DNA from: a virus
Length of the DNA: 64,000 bases
Reading direction: 5' to 3' (one strand)
Virus record (IMG/VR): IMGVR_UViG_3300020419_001305
Coordinates: 1-64,000 of that record
Shown: piece by piece, positions 1-9,601 of the stretch
Layout of the letters: each line of letters opens with the position of its first letter
Numbering within the stretch: the stretch's first letter is position 1
Notes under the pieces: model-generated
What the model was told of the DNA's origin: nothing
Database searches by the model: none
Seen by the model: only the letters and a program-made list of their open reading frames with translations
Program-made: the position numbers and the translations under genes

Positions 1-34
1 GAAGTTTCAACTACAAAATAAAAGTTTTAGGTTA

Positions 35-460
35 ATGTTTGAATTAAAATTTGAAGATAAAGTAAAAGTCTGGAAAAGTTTACGTGAAAATTTAGAATCT
101 CACCCAAGACCTTTCGAAGCAGTTCTACAATTTACAAACAAGTTACCAAGATCTTCCAGTAAAACTAATGCATGGGATCCTAAGGCAAAGATAGAACCTT
201 GGCACCTCATAGAAAAGGATGCGTTTTCTGAGTATGAAATTGCACAACTTACGGCATATACTTTACAGTTAACCGATAGGTTTTGTTCATCTCAAATAGA
301 GATACATATCAGTAAGGAAACAAAGAAAAGTAAATTATTATATTTGGTGTATGTGGATAACTTTATTGTAATTGGACACAATAATGGTATCACAACTGTT
401 GAGGAACTTCCTGAGTCTGTAGTTTCACAAAAGATTTATAACATGCCAACGTTACACTAA
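35..460 (+). CDS. hypothetical protein
   Basis: 141-aa ORF in the same orientation as its neighbours; no recognisable motif. Confidence 0.6.
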   Translation: MFELKFEDKVKVWKSLRENLESHPRPFEAVLQFTNKLPRSSSKTNAWDPKAKIEPWHLIEKDAFSEYEIAQLTAYTLQLTDRFCSSQIEIHISKETKKSKLLYLVYVDNFIVIGHNNGITTVEELPESVVSQKIYNMPTLH

Positions 461-488
461 ATATTTTTTATTACAAAGGGAAAGAAGT

Positions 489-2828
489 ATGAAGACAGAC
501 CTCAATATTACCAAAAGAACAGGCGAAAGTGTACCACTAGATATACAAAAAATACATAAGGTTGTAGGTTTTGCATGTGAAGGATTAACAGGAGTGTCAA
601 GCAGTTTAGTGCAAATGAATGCAGGGATACAATTTGCACATGGCATAACATCAAGAGAAATACAAGATCTATTAGTAAGATCTGCTAATGATCTAATTAC
701 ATTAGAAAATCCAAACTATCAATATGTTGCGGCAAGATTATTATTGTACGGAATTTATAAAGATGTGTATGGAGGATTTGACAAAACATCTTTATTAGAG
801 ATGGTTAAGAAGAATATAGAAAGAAGAGTATATGATTCAGCTATATTAGAATCATATTCTGAAGAAGAGTTTGAAAAAATGGAGAAGTATCTCAAACACA
901 ATAGAGATGAGAACTTTACCTACGCAGGACTTAGACAGATTGTAGACAAGTATCTTTGCCAAGACAGAAGTTCTGGTGAAGTATACGAATCTCCACAACA
1001 CATGTACATGATGATCGCGGCAACTCTTTTTGCAAACTATCCTAAAGAAGATAGATTACATTACGTCAGGAGATATTATGACGCGACCTCACTTTTTAAA
1101 ATTAATATCCCAACGCCAGTCATGGCCGGTGTCAGAACGCCTATTAGACAGTTTGCTTCGTGTGTCCTTGTTGACAGTGACGATACCCTTGATAGTATCT
1201 TCGCAAGTGATATGTCGATTGGTAGATACACGGCACAAAGAGCAGGTATCGGAATCAACGCAGGACGTATCAGAGGAATCAACTCTAAAATAAGGGGTGG
1301 AGAAGTAGCACATACAGGTGTTGTCCCATTCCTTAAAAAGTTTGAAGCAACTGTAAGATGTTGTACACAAAATGGTGTACGTGGCGGAAGTGCTACAACA
1401 CACTTTCCTTTTTGGCATCAAGAGATAGAAGATATCCTTGTGCTTAAGAACAACAAAGGTACAGAGGACAATAGAGTTCGTAAGCTAGACTATTCAATAC
1501 AACTGAATAAAACTATGTATGAAAGGTTGTTGTCCCAGGGCGATATAACTCTTTTCTCGCCACATGATGTGCCAGGATTGTATGAAGCATACTTTGGAGA
1601 CGCTGACGAATTTAAAATTTTATATGAAAAATATGAGAAAAGCACAAAGATAAAAAAGAAAAAAGTAAGTGCCATGGATTTGTTTTCAGCTTTGGTTAAA
1701 GAACGTGCTGAAACTGGTAGAATTTATATTATGAATGTTGATCATGCGAACGTACATAGTTCCTTTAAGGATACTGTTTATATGAGCAACCTATGCCAGG
1801 AAATTACATTACCAACTAAACCTTTAAACCATATAGATGACGAAGAAGGTGAAATAGCACTTTGTATTTTGTCTGCTATTAACATTGGTATCATTAAAGA
1901 TTTAGAAGACTTAGAAGAACTTTGTGATCTAGCAGTAAGAGCCTTAGACGAAATTATAGATTATCAAAAATATCCTATCAAAGCCGCCGAAATAAGCACT
2001 AAGGCAAGGCGTTCATTAGGCATAGGGTACATAGGGTTAGCACACTACCTAGCAAAGAATGGTTGTAAGTATTCTGATAAGAAAGCACTTACTAAGGTAC
2101 ATGAGTTAACAGAAGCTTTTCAATATTATCTATTGGTAGCAAGTAATAAACTTGCTCAAGAAAAAGGGCAATGTGATTATTATGACCGCACAAAATATAG
2201 TGACGGAATACTCCCAATAGACACTTATAAAAAGGAGTTAGACGAGATATGTTCTATAAAATTAAAATATGATTGGGATACTCTTCGCACAGACATTAAA
2301 CAGCACGGTCTTAGGCACAGCACATTGTCCGCACAGATGCCTTCGGAGAGCAGTTCCGTTGTGTCGAACGCAACAAATGGAATTGAGCCTCCTAGAGGAT
2401 TCTTGTCCGTTAAGAAGTCAAAAAAAGGGCCTCTTAAGCAGATTGTTCCGCAGTATCAAACGTTAAAGAATAACTACACGTTGTTGTGGGATATGCCTAG
2501 CAATGATGGATATATAAATATCGTAGCAGTAATGCAAAAGTTCTTCGATCAAGCAATTAGTGGTAATTGGAGTTATAATCCTACACACTTTGATAATAAT
2601 GAAGTTCCGATGAGTGTAATGCTTAAAGACTTGTTAAATACATACAAGTACGGTTGGAAAACTTCTTATTATCAGAACACTTATGATTATAAAACTGATG
2701 GCGATGTTGAAGAACCTCAACATAACTTAGGCTGGCACGATAACGTAAAAGAGAATCCAGTTGAAAGAACAGAATTTAACGGTACCGATGAGGAGTATGA
2801 AGAATATTGTGACAGTTGTGCTATTTAA
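489..2828 (+). CDS. nrdA: ribonucleotide reductase class Ia alpha subunit with ATP-cone
   Basis: ITKRTG ATP-cone, PTPVMAG, SCVL, SNLCQEI, C-terminal CDSC; no intein or intron. Confidence 0.98.
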   Translation: MKTDLNITKRTGESVPLDIQKIHKVVGFACEGLTGVSSSLVQMNAGIQFAHGITSREIQDLLVRSANDLITLENPNYQYVAARLLLYGIYKDVYGGFDKTSLLEMVKKNIERRVYDSAILESYSEEEFEKMEKYLKHNRDENFTYAGLRQIVDKYLCQDRSSGEVYESPQHMYMMIAATLFANYPKEDRLHYVRRYYDATSLFKINIPTPVMAGVRTPIRQFASCVLVDSDDTLDSIFASDMSIGRYTAQRAGIGINAGRIRGINSKIRGGEVAHTGVVPFLKKFEATVRCCTQNGVRGGSATTHFPFWHQEIEDILVLKNNKGTEDNRVRKLDYSIQLNKTMYERLLSQGDITLFSPHDVPGLYEAYFGDADEFKILYEKYEKSTKIKKKKVSAMDLFSALVKERAETGRIYIMNVDHANVHSSFKDTVYMSNLCQEITLPTKPLNHIDDEEGEIALCILSAINIGIIKDLEDLEELCDLAVRALDEIIDYQKYPIKAAEISTKARRSLGIGYIGLAHYLAKNGCKYSDKKALTKVHELTEAFQYYLLVASNKLAQEKGQCDYYDRTKYSDGILPIDTYKKELDEICSIKLKYDWDTLRTDIKQHGLRHSTLSAQMPSESSSVVSNATNGIEPPRGFLSVKKSKKGPLKQIVPQYQTLKNNYTLLWDMPSNDGYINIVAVMQKFFDQAISGNWSYNPTHFDNNEVPMSVMLKDLLNTYKYGWKTSYYQNTYDYKTDGDVEEPQHNLGWHDNVKENPVERTEFNGTDEEYEEYCDSCAI

Positions 2829-2831
2829 AGA

Positions 2832-2860
2832 TTGACTTATGAGTCTTATGATAGTATAAT
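2832..2860 (+). promoter_or_regulatory. sigma70-like early promoter
   Basis: TTGACT-17 nt-TATAAT upstream of nrdB. Confidence 0.7.
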
Positions 2861-2886
2861 AGTTACACACAAAGAGGAAAATAAAA

Positions 2887-3990
2887 ATGGCAAAAACAGT
2901 ATTCAATAAAGATAAAGTAGATTTTACAAAGCAGACAATGTTCTTTGGTCCTGACCAGAACACACAGAGATATGACGTATTTAAATTTCCGGAGTTTGAT
3001 AAACTTAACCAAACAATGTTGGGTTACTTTTGGAGACCTGAAGAAGTTAGTTTACAAAAAGACAGAGCAGACTTCGCTAATTTTAGACCAGAGCAACGAC
3101 ACATTTTTACTGCTAATCTAAAATATCAAACACTTTTGGATAGTGTTCAAGGAAGAGGACCTAGCTTGGCTTTCTTACCTTATGTATCTTTGCCTGAACT
3201 AGAAGGTTGTATTGTAACGTGGGACTTTTTTGAAACAATACATTCACGTTCGTATACACACATTATTAAAAATGTTTATCCAGATCCTAGTGAAGTATTT
3301 GATACAATCTTAGATGATAAAGAAATTTTAAGAAGAGCTGAATCTGTAACTAAAAATTATGATGGATTTACTTTAGCCGCAGACGATTGGTTCCATCGTA
3401 AACAGGGAACTATGTATGATGTAAAGAAGAAATTATTTTTAGCAATGATGAATGTAAATATTTTAGAAGGATTGCGTTTTTACGTATCGTTCGCATGTAC
3501 ATTTTCATTTGCTGAATCCAAGAACATGGAAGGTTCTGCTAAGATTGTATCATTAGTAGCAAGAGATGAAGCAACACATTTGAATCTATCAACTCATGTT
3601 CTGAAACATTGGATCAAAGGAAATGATGATCCAGACTTTAAAAAAATTGCTCGCGAATGCGAAGATGAAGTGCTTGATATGTGGCGTACCTGTGTAAATG
3701 AAGAAAAAGCCTGGGCAAATTATCTTTTCAAGGACGGAGCAATAATTGGTTTGAACGAAGAACTTTTACATCACTATGTTGAGTTTATTGCTAACAAGAG
3801 ATTGAAAGCACTTGGTTATAAAACAATTTACGATCGTCCACTTAATAATAACCCATTACCTTGGACACAACATTGGCTTTCAAGCTCAGGACTTCAAGTA
3901 GCACCACAGGAAACAGAAGTAGAAAGTTATATCATTGGTGGTATTAAACAAGACGTAGACAAGGATGTACTTAAAGGCTTCAAATTATGA
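2887..3990 (+). CDS. nrdB: ribonucleotide reductase class Ia beta subunit
   Basis: FWRPEE, ETIHSRSY, EGLRFY, RDEATH, APQETEVESY. Confidence 0.98.
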   Translation: MAKTVFNKDKVDFTKQTMFFGPDQNTQRYDVFKFPEFDKLNQTMLGYFWRPEEVSLQKDRADFANFRPEQRHIFTANLKYQTLLDSVQGRGPSLAFLPYVSLPELEGCIVTWDFFETIHSRSYTHIIKNVYPDPSEVFDTILDDKEILRRAESVTKNYDGFTLAADDWFHRKQGTMYDVKKKLFLAMMNVNILEGLRFYVSFACTFSFAESKNMEGSAKIVSLVARDEATHLNLSTHVLKHWIKGNDDPDFKKIARECEDEVLDMWRTCVNEEKAWANYLFKDGAIIGLNEELLHHYVEFIANKRLKALGYKTIYDRPLNNNPLPWTQHWLSSSGLQVAPQETEVESYIIGGIKQDVDKDVLKGFKL

Positions 3991-4262
3991 TGAAAGCAAC
4001 AATCTATAGTAAAACACATTGCCCTAGCTGTTTAAAAGCAAAGGCAGAGTTTAAGAAATTGGGCGTCCAATATGAAGAAAAGTTAATTGGTTCGGACATT
4101 GCTCCACCAGAACTTTTCGCTCTTTTCGAAGAAAAAGGGTTAGCACAGCCAAGAACTGCTCCGCAAATCTTTATAGGTGATACTTATATAGGAGGATACG
4201 AAGCACTGATGTCGTATATTGAAGACACAGGCTTTAACGGAACAGGAGAGTCAGTAGGCTAA
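3987..4262 (+). CDS. glutaredoxin
   Basis: CPSC active site, TAPQIFI, IGGY. Confidence 0.9.
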   Translation: MMKATIYSKTHCPSCLKAKAEFKKLGVQYEEKLIGSDIAPPELFALFEEKGLAQPRTAPQIFIGDTYIGGYEALMSYIEDTGFNGTGESVG

Positions 4263-4555
4263 TGTTAATTGAAAAACCATATGGTATTGGAGATACCGTG
4301 ACGTTCAAAACTGGTGCTGGTGAAGAAGTAGTAGCTAGAATCACAGAAGTGAAAGACGATTCTATAAAGGTTAAGAAACCTATGGTATTGACTATGACGG
4401 AGAAAGGAATCGGTATGGTTCCTTATGCACTTACAGTTAGTATGGATACAGAGATGCTTATAAATTTAAGTAATGTTGTATTCATTGCTAAGACAAGTCC
4501 AACAACCTCAAAGCAATATGTAGAATCAACAACAGGACTAAAAGTAGTCAACTAA
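4262..4555 (+). CDS. hypothetical protein, probable Sm-like/SH3 beta-barrel
   Basis: beta-rich GEEVVARI pattern; translationally coupled to glutaredoxin. Confidence 0.55.
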   Translation: MLIEKPYGIGDTVTFKTGAGEEVVARITEVKDDSIKVKKPMVLTMTEKGIGMVPYALTVSMDTEMLINLSNVVFIAKTSPTTSKQYVESTTGLKVVN

Positions 4556-4565
4556 AGGAGATAAT

Positions 4566-4745
4566 ATGTCAGACATACACGAACAAATTAAGGCTCATTA
4601 CGAAGCATACTTGGCAGAAGCAGAGTCTTTTGATACAAAAGGTGTGAAGGCCGCGGCCGCTAGAGCAAGAAAAGCTCTTGGCGAAATGGGCAAATTGGCA
4701 AAAGCTCGAAGAGCTGAGATCCAAGATAAAAAGAACAATATGTAA
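4566..4745 (+). CDS. small basic Hc1 (histone H1-like) protein, 59 aa, absent from the ORF track
   Basis: AAGGAG RBS; MSDIHEQIKAHYEAYLAEAESFDTKGVKAAAARARKALGEMGKLAKARRAEIQDKKNNM with the KAAAARARKAL motif. Confidence 0.8.
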   Translation: MSDIHEQIKAHYEAYLAEAESFDTKGVKAAAARARKALGEMGKLAKARRAEIQDKKNNM

Positions 4746-4796
4746 ATAAATATAGTTAAGGAGGAGAAATCCTCCTTAATCTTAGAAGGGCAAACT

Positions 4797-5015
4797 ATGA
4801 CACAACAAGGTAAGCTGAAATGGTACAATCATGTCAAAGGGTATGGCTTCATTTCAAGAGAAGAAGACCAGAAAGACCTCTTTTGTCACGTGTCTGAATT
4901 TAGAAAGTCAGGCATTAAGAAAGTTAAAGAAGGTATGATTATTGAATACGAACTTTCAGACCACAATGGCAAACCAGTAGCAGTCGATATTAAAGTAGTC
5001 CACATTCCAGAATAG
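4797..5015 (+). CDS. csp: cold-shock domain protein
   Basis: GKLKWYN, KGYGFI (RNP1), DLFCHVS (RNP2). Confidence 0.93.
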   Translation: MTQQGKLKWYNHVKGYGFISREEDQKDLFCHVSEFRKSGIKKVKEGMIIEYELSDHNGKPVAVDIKVVHIPE

Positions 5016-5024
5016 GAGATCTAT

Positions 5025-5393
5025 ATGGCGGAAGCCATGTTATTATTCATGCTAGTTGTAAAACATGCTCTAGCTGATCTGGTGCTACAAAGTAGACTTA
5101 TTTCTGGAGACAAAAGTAATCTAAAAAGTTCAAAGGGATACATACACGCAGGAGACCACGCGGTTTGTACCTTTATAGTCTTGCTGTTTTTTACATCCTT
5201 CCAAAATTCTGTTCTGATAGCAATGCTAGACTATGTTCTACATTTCATCATTGATTTTACAAAAACAAAACTTATGCGATATTATGATATCGAAACAAAC
5301 TCCAAAAAGTTTTGGATATTCCAAGGCGTTGATCAAATCGCCCATTATACTTGTTACTTTATTTACGTTCTTCTCTTGACAAACCTATTATAG
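5025..5393 (+). CDS. membrane protein, DUF3307-like
   Basis: KHALAD, HAGDH, LHFIID and DQIAH His motifs within hydrophobic helices. Confidence 0.7.
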   Translation: MAEAMLLFMLVVKHALADLVLQSRLISGDKSNLKSSKGYIHAGDHAVCTFIVLLFFTSFQNSVLIAMLDYVLHFIIDFTKTKLMRYYDIETNSKKFWIFQGVDQIAHYTCYFIYVLLLTNLL

Positions 5394-5398
5394 TATGC

Positions 5399-5406
5399 TA
5401 TAAATA
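5399..5406 (+). promoter_or_regulatory. T4-type late promoter TATAAATA, overlapping a TTGACA..TATGCT promoter
   Basis: exact T4 late consensus directly upstream of the tmRNA. Confidence 0.7.
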
Positions 5407-5414
5407 CACTACAA

Positions 5415-5730
5415 CGTTGAAGCAATTCAAACGCTGAACAGGACCTGGGGGCAGTACCCAGCAGGTCCACCATAAACACATTTTTATAACGGGAGTGTGC
5501 TTATGATGGGCCTGAAATAGGATCGACTGGCAGTCAATAGAGTTCGTGGAGTTGTCCGGATCTAAGCTCGGTTAACGCGAAGACACGTTATAGATGCAAA
5601 CGATAATGTATCAAACGTATTTTCTTTCGTAGATTTTTCTAATGCGAGAAAGTACGTGAATGAGGATTTTGCCTTAGCGGCATAATCACTCGGGGTTGGC
5701 AACTTACCTAGCAACAGAAAAGTTGTGTCT
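5415..5730 (+). ncRNA. ssrA: circularly permuted (two-piece, alphaproteobacterial-type) tmRNA
   Basis: 3' acceptor half GGACCTGGGGGCAGTACCCAGCAGGTCCACCA (5441-5472) lies upstream of the 5' half GGGCCTGAAATAGGATCGAC (from 5508); G3.U wobble; tag frame 5596-5685 ANDN...FALAA*; outer ends approximate. Confidence 0.92.
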
Positions 5731-5744
5731 TTATGGGAGCTGGT

Positions 5745-6575
5745 ATGAACATTGGCGTAAGAGGAAGTAAACTAGCAATTGATTATGCTAAAAAAGTCGA
5801 AGCACATTGTTTCAAAAGTTTCCAAACCAATCTTGTAAAAATTAAAACAGACGGCGACATATTTGAAAACAAAAGTATCCAAGACATTGGAGGCAAGGGT
5901 GTATTTGTTTCTGCTATAGAACAACAACTATTAGATAAAAAAATAGATGTAGCAGTACATTCATTCAAAGATCTGCCAGCAGTAATGGATGATAGGCTAG
6001 AAATTTCTGCTGTGTTAAAAAGGAACGATCCTAGAGATTGTTATATAGGCACACTCTTTCCGCATGCGAAAGTAGGGACAGGTTCACCTAGACGAATAGC
6101 ACAACTTAAAGAAAACTTTAATGTAGAATTTGAGATATTACCTATACGGGGTAATATTGATACAAGGATTAAAAAACTAGAACAAGGCAAGTATGATGCT
6201 ATTATATTAGCCGTAGCAGGACTAGAGGCCCTAAATTTAGATCATAAGATAAAAAAGATATTTCCTTTCAGTAAAATGTTACCATGCGTAGGACAGGGTG
6301 TGATAGCAATACAAACTAGAAAAGGATCAAGCCATAGCGATGTTGCGAAACTAAATAATCATTGGAATACGTACTATTCTGTAATGGCTGAAAGAGCAAT
6401 GCTCCAAGAGATAGATGGAGACTGCCATACCGCGGTAGGTGCTATTTCTACTCTAGTTGGCGACTGTCTAAATTTAAAAGCGATAAATTATAATACAGGA
6501 AAACAGTTTGAATCAACAAGCAAACTTTTAGAGTATAAACTATTAGGTGAGGAAGTAGGTAAAAATATAAAGTGA
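5745..6575 (+). CDS. hemC: porphobilinogen deaminase
   Basis: IGVRGSKLA, GGKGVF, AVHSFKDLP, GTGSPRR, IRGNIDTR, cofactor Cys in GDCH; start may be 5733. Confidence 0.95.
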   Translation: MNIGVRGSKLAIDYAKKVEAHCFKSFQTNLVKIKTDGDIFENKSIQDIGGKGVFVSAIEQQLLDKKIDVAVHSFKDLPAVMDDRLEISAVLKRNDPRDCYIGTLFPHAKVGTGSPRRIAQLKENFNVEFEILPIRGNIDTRIKKLEQGKYDAIILAVAGLEALNLDHKIKKIFPFSKMLPCVGQGVIAIQTRKGSSHSDVAKLNNHWNTYYSVMAERAMLQEIDGDCHTAVGAISTLVGDCLNLKAINYNTGKQFESTSKLLEYKLLGEEVGKNIK

Positions 6576-7552
6576 ATAAAAAATTTATTAATGCTTGTAA
6601 CCGGAAAAAGCAGAAGGTCCCTCCTATATGGTTTATGAGACAAGCAGGTAGATACCACTCACACTATAGAGATCTTAAAACCCGTAGCACATTTGAATTG
6701 TTATGTAAGACTCCTGAACTTGCTGGAGAAGTAGCATTAGGACCTATTCTTGAATTTGATTATGATGTTGCTATTTTGTTCTCTGATATCTTGTTTCCTC
6801 TTGAAGGATTAGGCTTACCGTTAAGATTTGATCCAGGACCAAAGTTTCAATTTAATTTAAGCAAGGACAATCTTAAGGACTTACAAGACATAGAAAAAGC
6901 ATATCATTTTATGTCCTTTCAAAAAGATGCTTTACTTACAACTAGAGCTATGTTACCCAAAGATAAAAGTTTAATAGGTTTTGTAGGCGGACCTTGGACA
7001 TTAATGAATTATGCTTGTGGTAATTCCCGTGTATCTGATAAATTTAAATTAGACTACATGACAAATACGTTAATACCTTTACTCAAAATGAATATAGAAT
7101 TACAAATTAATGCTGGTGCTGAAAAAGTTATGATATTTGATAGTGGCTTACAGAACATGTCAACTAAATTTTTTAACCAAAAATATTCTCCTTTATTGAT
7201 GTCAATGGCCATGCCACAAACTGCTTACTATAGCAGACACCTGCCCAGAAAATGTATCAATAAAGTGTTAGAGGGAGACTGGGGTGGCATTGGCATAGAT
7301 AGTAAAGTTAATATAATAGACTGTTTAGAAATTGTTGATAACGGTTTTGTACAGGGTAACTTTGATGAACGTAAAATGTTATTACCAAAATATAAGTTTA
7401 TGTACGAGATAGAAAAGTATTGTGACGATATACGTAAATCAGAAGTAGATACTAGCGGATGGGTTTGTGGATTGGGACATGGAATAGATAAGGAAACTCC
7501 AGAAGAACATGTTCATTTGTTTATTGAAACTGTACGAAACAGATTTTCATAG
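6572..7552 (+). CDS. hemE: uroporphyrinogen decarboxylase
   Basis: PIWFMRQAGRY, AILFSDIL, GFVGGPWTL, VQGNFD, LGHGI. Confidence 0.95.
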   Translation: MNKKFINACNRKKQKVPPIWFMRQAGRYHSHYRDLKTRSTFELLCKTPELAGEVALGPILEFDYDVAILFSDILFPLEGLGLPLRFDPGPKFQFNLSKDNLKDLQDIEKAYHFMSFQKDALLTTRAMLPKDKSLIGFVGGPWTLMNYACGNSRVSDKFKLDYMTNTLIPLLKMNIELQINAGAEKVMIFDSGLQNMSTKFFNQKYSPLLMSMAMPQTAYYSRHLPRKCINKVLEGDWGGIGIDSKVNIIDCLEIVDNGFVQGNFDERKMLLPKYKFMYEIEKYCDDIRKSEVDTSGWVCGLGHGIDKETPEEHVHLFIETVRNRFS

Positions 7553-7684
7553 TTTATTTTTTTTCTTCTTCATGCCCATGTAATGCTCAGATGGTTCGTA
7601 ATCCCATCTCTTACCGTGATGCCCACGTATATCAGCATACCACATTCTCATTCGGACAATGAATTTTCTTATTCCAAGACTCAC
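7547..7684 (-). CDS. small hypothetical protein, 45 aa, absent from the ORF track
   Basis: GTG start abutting the upstream stop; MSLGIRKFIVRMRMWYADIRGHHGKRWDYEPSEHYMG... Confidence 0.6.
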   Translation of the reverse strand: MSLGIRKFIVRMRMWYADIRGHHGKRWDYEPSEHYMGMKKKKNKL

Positions 7685-7882
7685 TTAGATGCTCCTATAT
7701 GGTTTAGGAATACCGTCCTCGCCTAGTATCATTTCACCTGTATCAGAATATGAACCGCACATACGTCCGTTTGATCCAGGACCATAATAACGTGTAGGTT
7801 TTACTTCAATTTCCTCACCGTTTCGCATAGCAGTTTTTTTATGGTTAATAGATATTATACCTCTTTGTTTTATTCCTGCCAT
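7685..7882 (-). CDS. hypothetical protein
   Basis: 65-aa ORF tightly packed in a three-gene minus-strand unit. Confidence 0.6.
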   Translation of the reverse strand: MAGIKQRGIISINHKKTAMRNGEEIEVKPTRYYGPGSNGRMCGSYSDTGEMILGEDGIPKPYRSI

Positions 7883-7883
7883 C

Positions 7884-8087
7884 TTATTTTCCTATCTTTT
7901 TGAATCTACCTATAGGCAACTTAATTTTCTTTGTCATATCTTTGCCTTTTTTGCCGATCCAACTTACAACAGTTTCCGTAGCTTTAGCTCCGCTTTGAAA
8001 AGATTTTACAGCCTTCTTCCAACCAAGAGCTGTAACTTCTTTTGTTTCTTCCCCATCAGTGAATTTAAATACACGTTTTTTGGACAT
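7884..8087 (-). CDS. basic hypothetical protein
   Basis: 67-aa Lys-rich ORF with AGGA RBS and reverse-strand TAAATA upstream. Confidence 0.65.
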   Translation of the reverse strand: MSKKRVFKFTDGEETKEVTALGWKKAVKSFQSGAKATETVVSWIGKKGKDMTKKIKLPIGRFKKIGK

Positions 8088-8159
8088 AGTATTTCCTTTT
8101 GGGTTTATTTATATGTATTTAATAAATATACGTATATAATATGGTTGAGGGAGAATAAA

Positions 8160-8591
8160 ATGTACGAGTATAAATGCAAAATACTTAGAGTGGTAGATGG
8201 AGATACAGTTGATATTGATATTGACTTAGGGTTTGGAATGTGGATGCATAAGGAACGTGTTCGTATGATGGGCATAGATACTCCGGAATCAAGAACAAGA
8301 GATAAAATTGAAAAGAAATTTGGCTTAGCATCAAAGGCAAGACTAAAGGAATTACTACCGATTGGATCAATACAACATTTAAAAACAGAAATTGATAGGA
8401 GCGGAGAAGATGCTAGAGGTAAGTTCGGACGTATACTTGGAGACTTTCTTATTGAAGGAAATGCTGTAACCGAGCAAATGATTACAGAAGGTTATGCTGT
8501 TGCCTATCACGGCCAGAACAAAGACGAAGTAGAACAAGCTCACTTAAATAATAGAGAGAAACTTATTAAAGAAGGAAAAGTGATCCTATGA
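8160..8591 (+). CDS. thermonuclease (SNase-like) family protein
   Basis: VVDGDTVD, RMMGIDTPE, GKFGRILG; start reassigned to the ATG after GGGAG. Confidence 0.9.
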   Translation: MYEYKCKILRVVDGDTVDIDIDLGFGMWMHKERVRMMGIDTPESRTRDKIEKKFGLASKARLKELLPIGSIQHLKTEIDRSGEDARGKFGRILGDFLIEGNAVTEQMITEGYAVAYHGQNKDEVEQAHLNNREKLIKEGKVIL

Positions 8592-8890
8592 TAAACGGAA
8601 TAACATATATTTTATTAGCAACATTATTTTATACCGCCACACCAGACATTAAAGAAAATCTATACAGTTGGCAACTGAACTTCAGTAGTTACGAAAAATG
8701 TACAACATTTTTTGATCAATTTGGAGATAAACTTTTGAACGGTGTAATGGACCATGGTAAAAAGAAATATGGCAAAGATGTTGGAGTAGAATATATGTCA
8801 TGTGCTATGGTAAGGGTTGATCCACAAGCATTAATCAATGGATTCACAGAGCCTGAAATTTTAGGGCAGAAAGTGGTTTACCAACAATGA
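8588..8890 (+). CDS. small secreted/membrane two-Cys protein
   Basis: hydrophobic N-terminus, FSSYEKC...C. Confidence 0.6.
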   Translation: MINGITYILLATLFYTATPDIKENLYSWQLNFSSYEKCTTFFDQFGDKLLNGVMDHGKKKYGKDVGVEYMSCAMVRVDPQALINGFTEPEILGQKVVYQQ

Positions 8891-9147
8891 AATTTTTAAT
8901 AGTAGCAATAATGGCTTTGACTTATACAAACGGTGATAGAAATATCTTTGTGTTTACTCATACAGACTTTGATACATCACAAAAATGTGTCCAATATGTA
9001 CAACAAAATTCACAAGGTTTGATGTATAAATTAAGAGCCGAATTTCCAAATGACAAATTGGATAGGATTATGTGTGTTCCAGAAGAAAACGTTGAGAAGA
9101 TTTTGGAACAATCTAAACCAATAATTGACGAAGGTCAAAAAATCTAA
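8887..9147 (+). CDS. small secreted two-Cys protein
   Basis: hydrophobic N-terminus, FDTSQKC...C. Confidence 0.6.
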   Translation: MKFLIVAIMALTYTNGDRNIFVFTHTDFDTSQKCVQYVQQNSQGLMYKLRAEFPNDKLDRIMCVPEENVEKILEQSKPIIDEGQKI

Positions 9148-9260
9148 CCAAAACAGTTGACAGATGTTGCACTTTATTATATAGTGTAACTATGTTTATA
9201 AAAGATAAACTTAAAACAACTAGAGCTCTTCTGAGCTCTATTTTTAATAAAGGAGGCCCA

Positions 9261-9527
9261 ATGATGGCAACTAAATCAATAAACAAAGGTTCAACTTACT
9301 ACAGAGTAGGTTCACAAAACCAACAAATCCTAGCAAACTACTGGGGTACTGGAAAAACTTTCACACTAGAAGGTTTGAAAGATAAATTAGACATAGCATC
9401 TCCAGGTGCTAGAATCTCTGAATTAAGAGATAATGGTTTCAACGTAAAAGCTAAACCACAAAACGGTGGAGCGGTTGGAAGACCAGTTCTTGAATACCAA
9501 ATTTCAAGAAGAAGAACTTTTGCGTAA
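9261..9527 (+). CDS. winged helix-turn-helix DNA-binding protein
   Basis: IASPGARISELRDNGF motif; AAGGAGG RBS; upstream hairpin TAGAGCTC-TTCT-GAGCTCTA at 9221-9240. Confidence 0.7.
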   Translation: MMATKSINKGSTYYRVGSQNQQILANYWGTGKTFTLEGLKDKLDIASPGARISELRDNGFNVKAKPQNGGAVGRPVLEYQISRRRTFA

Positions 9528-9601
9528 TTAACCAAAAGAACTTGACATCTGCGCCTGTTAATGTTATTATTATATAATATTAATAGGCAGGAGCAGGCGC
9601 G

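Noticed and set aside
489-3990. Introns, inteins or homing endonucleases in nrdA/nrdB
   Set aside because: Both ORFs are continuous and of normal length
4598-4828. 76-aa minus-strand ORF
   Set aside because: Antisense to the Hc1-like gene, which has a clear RBS
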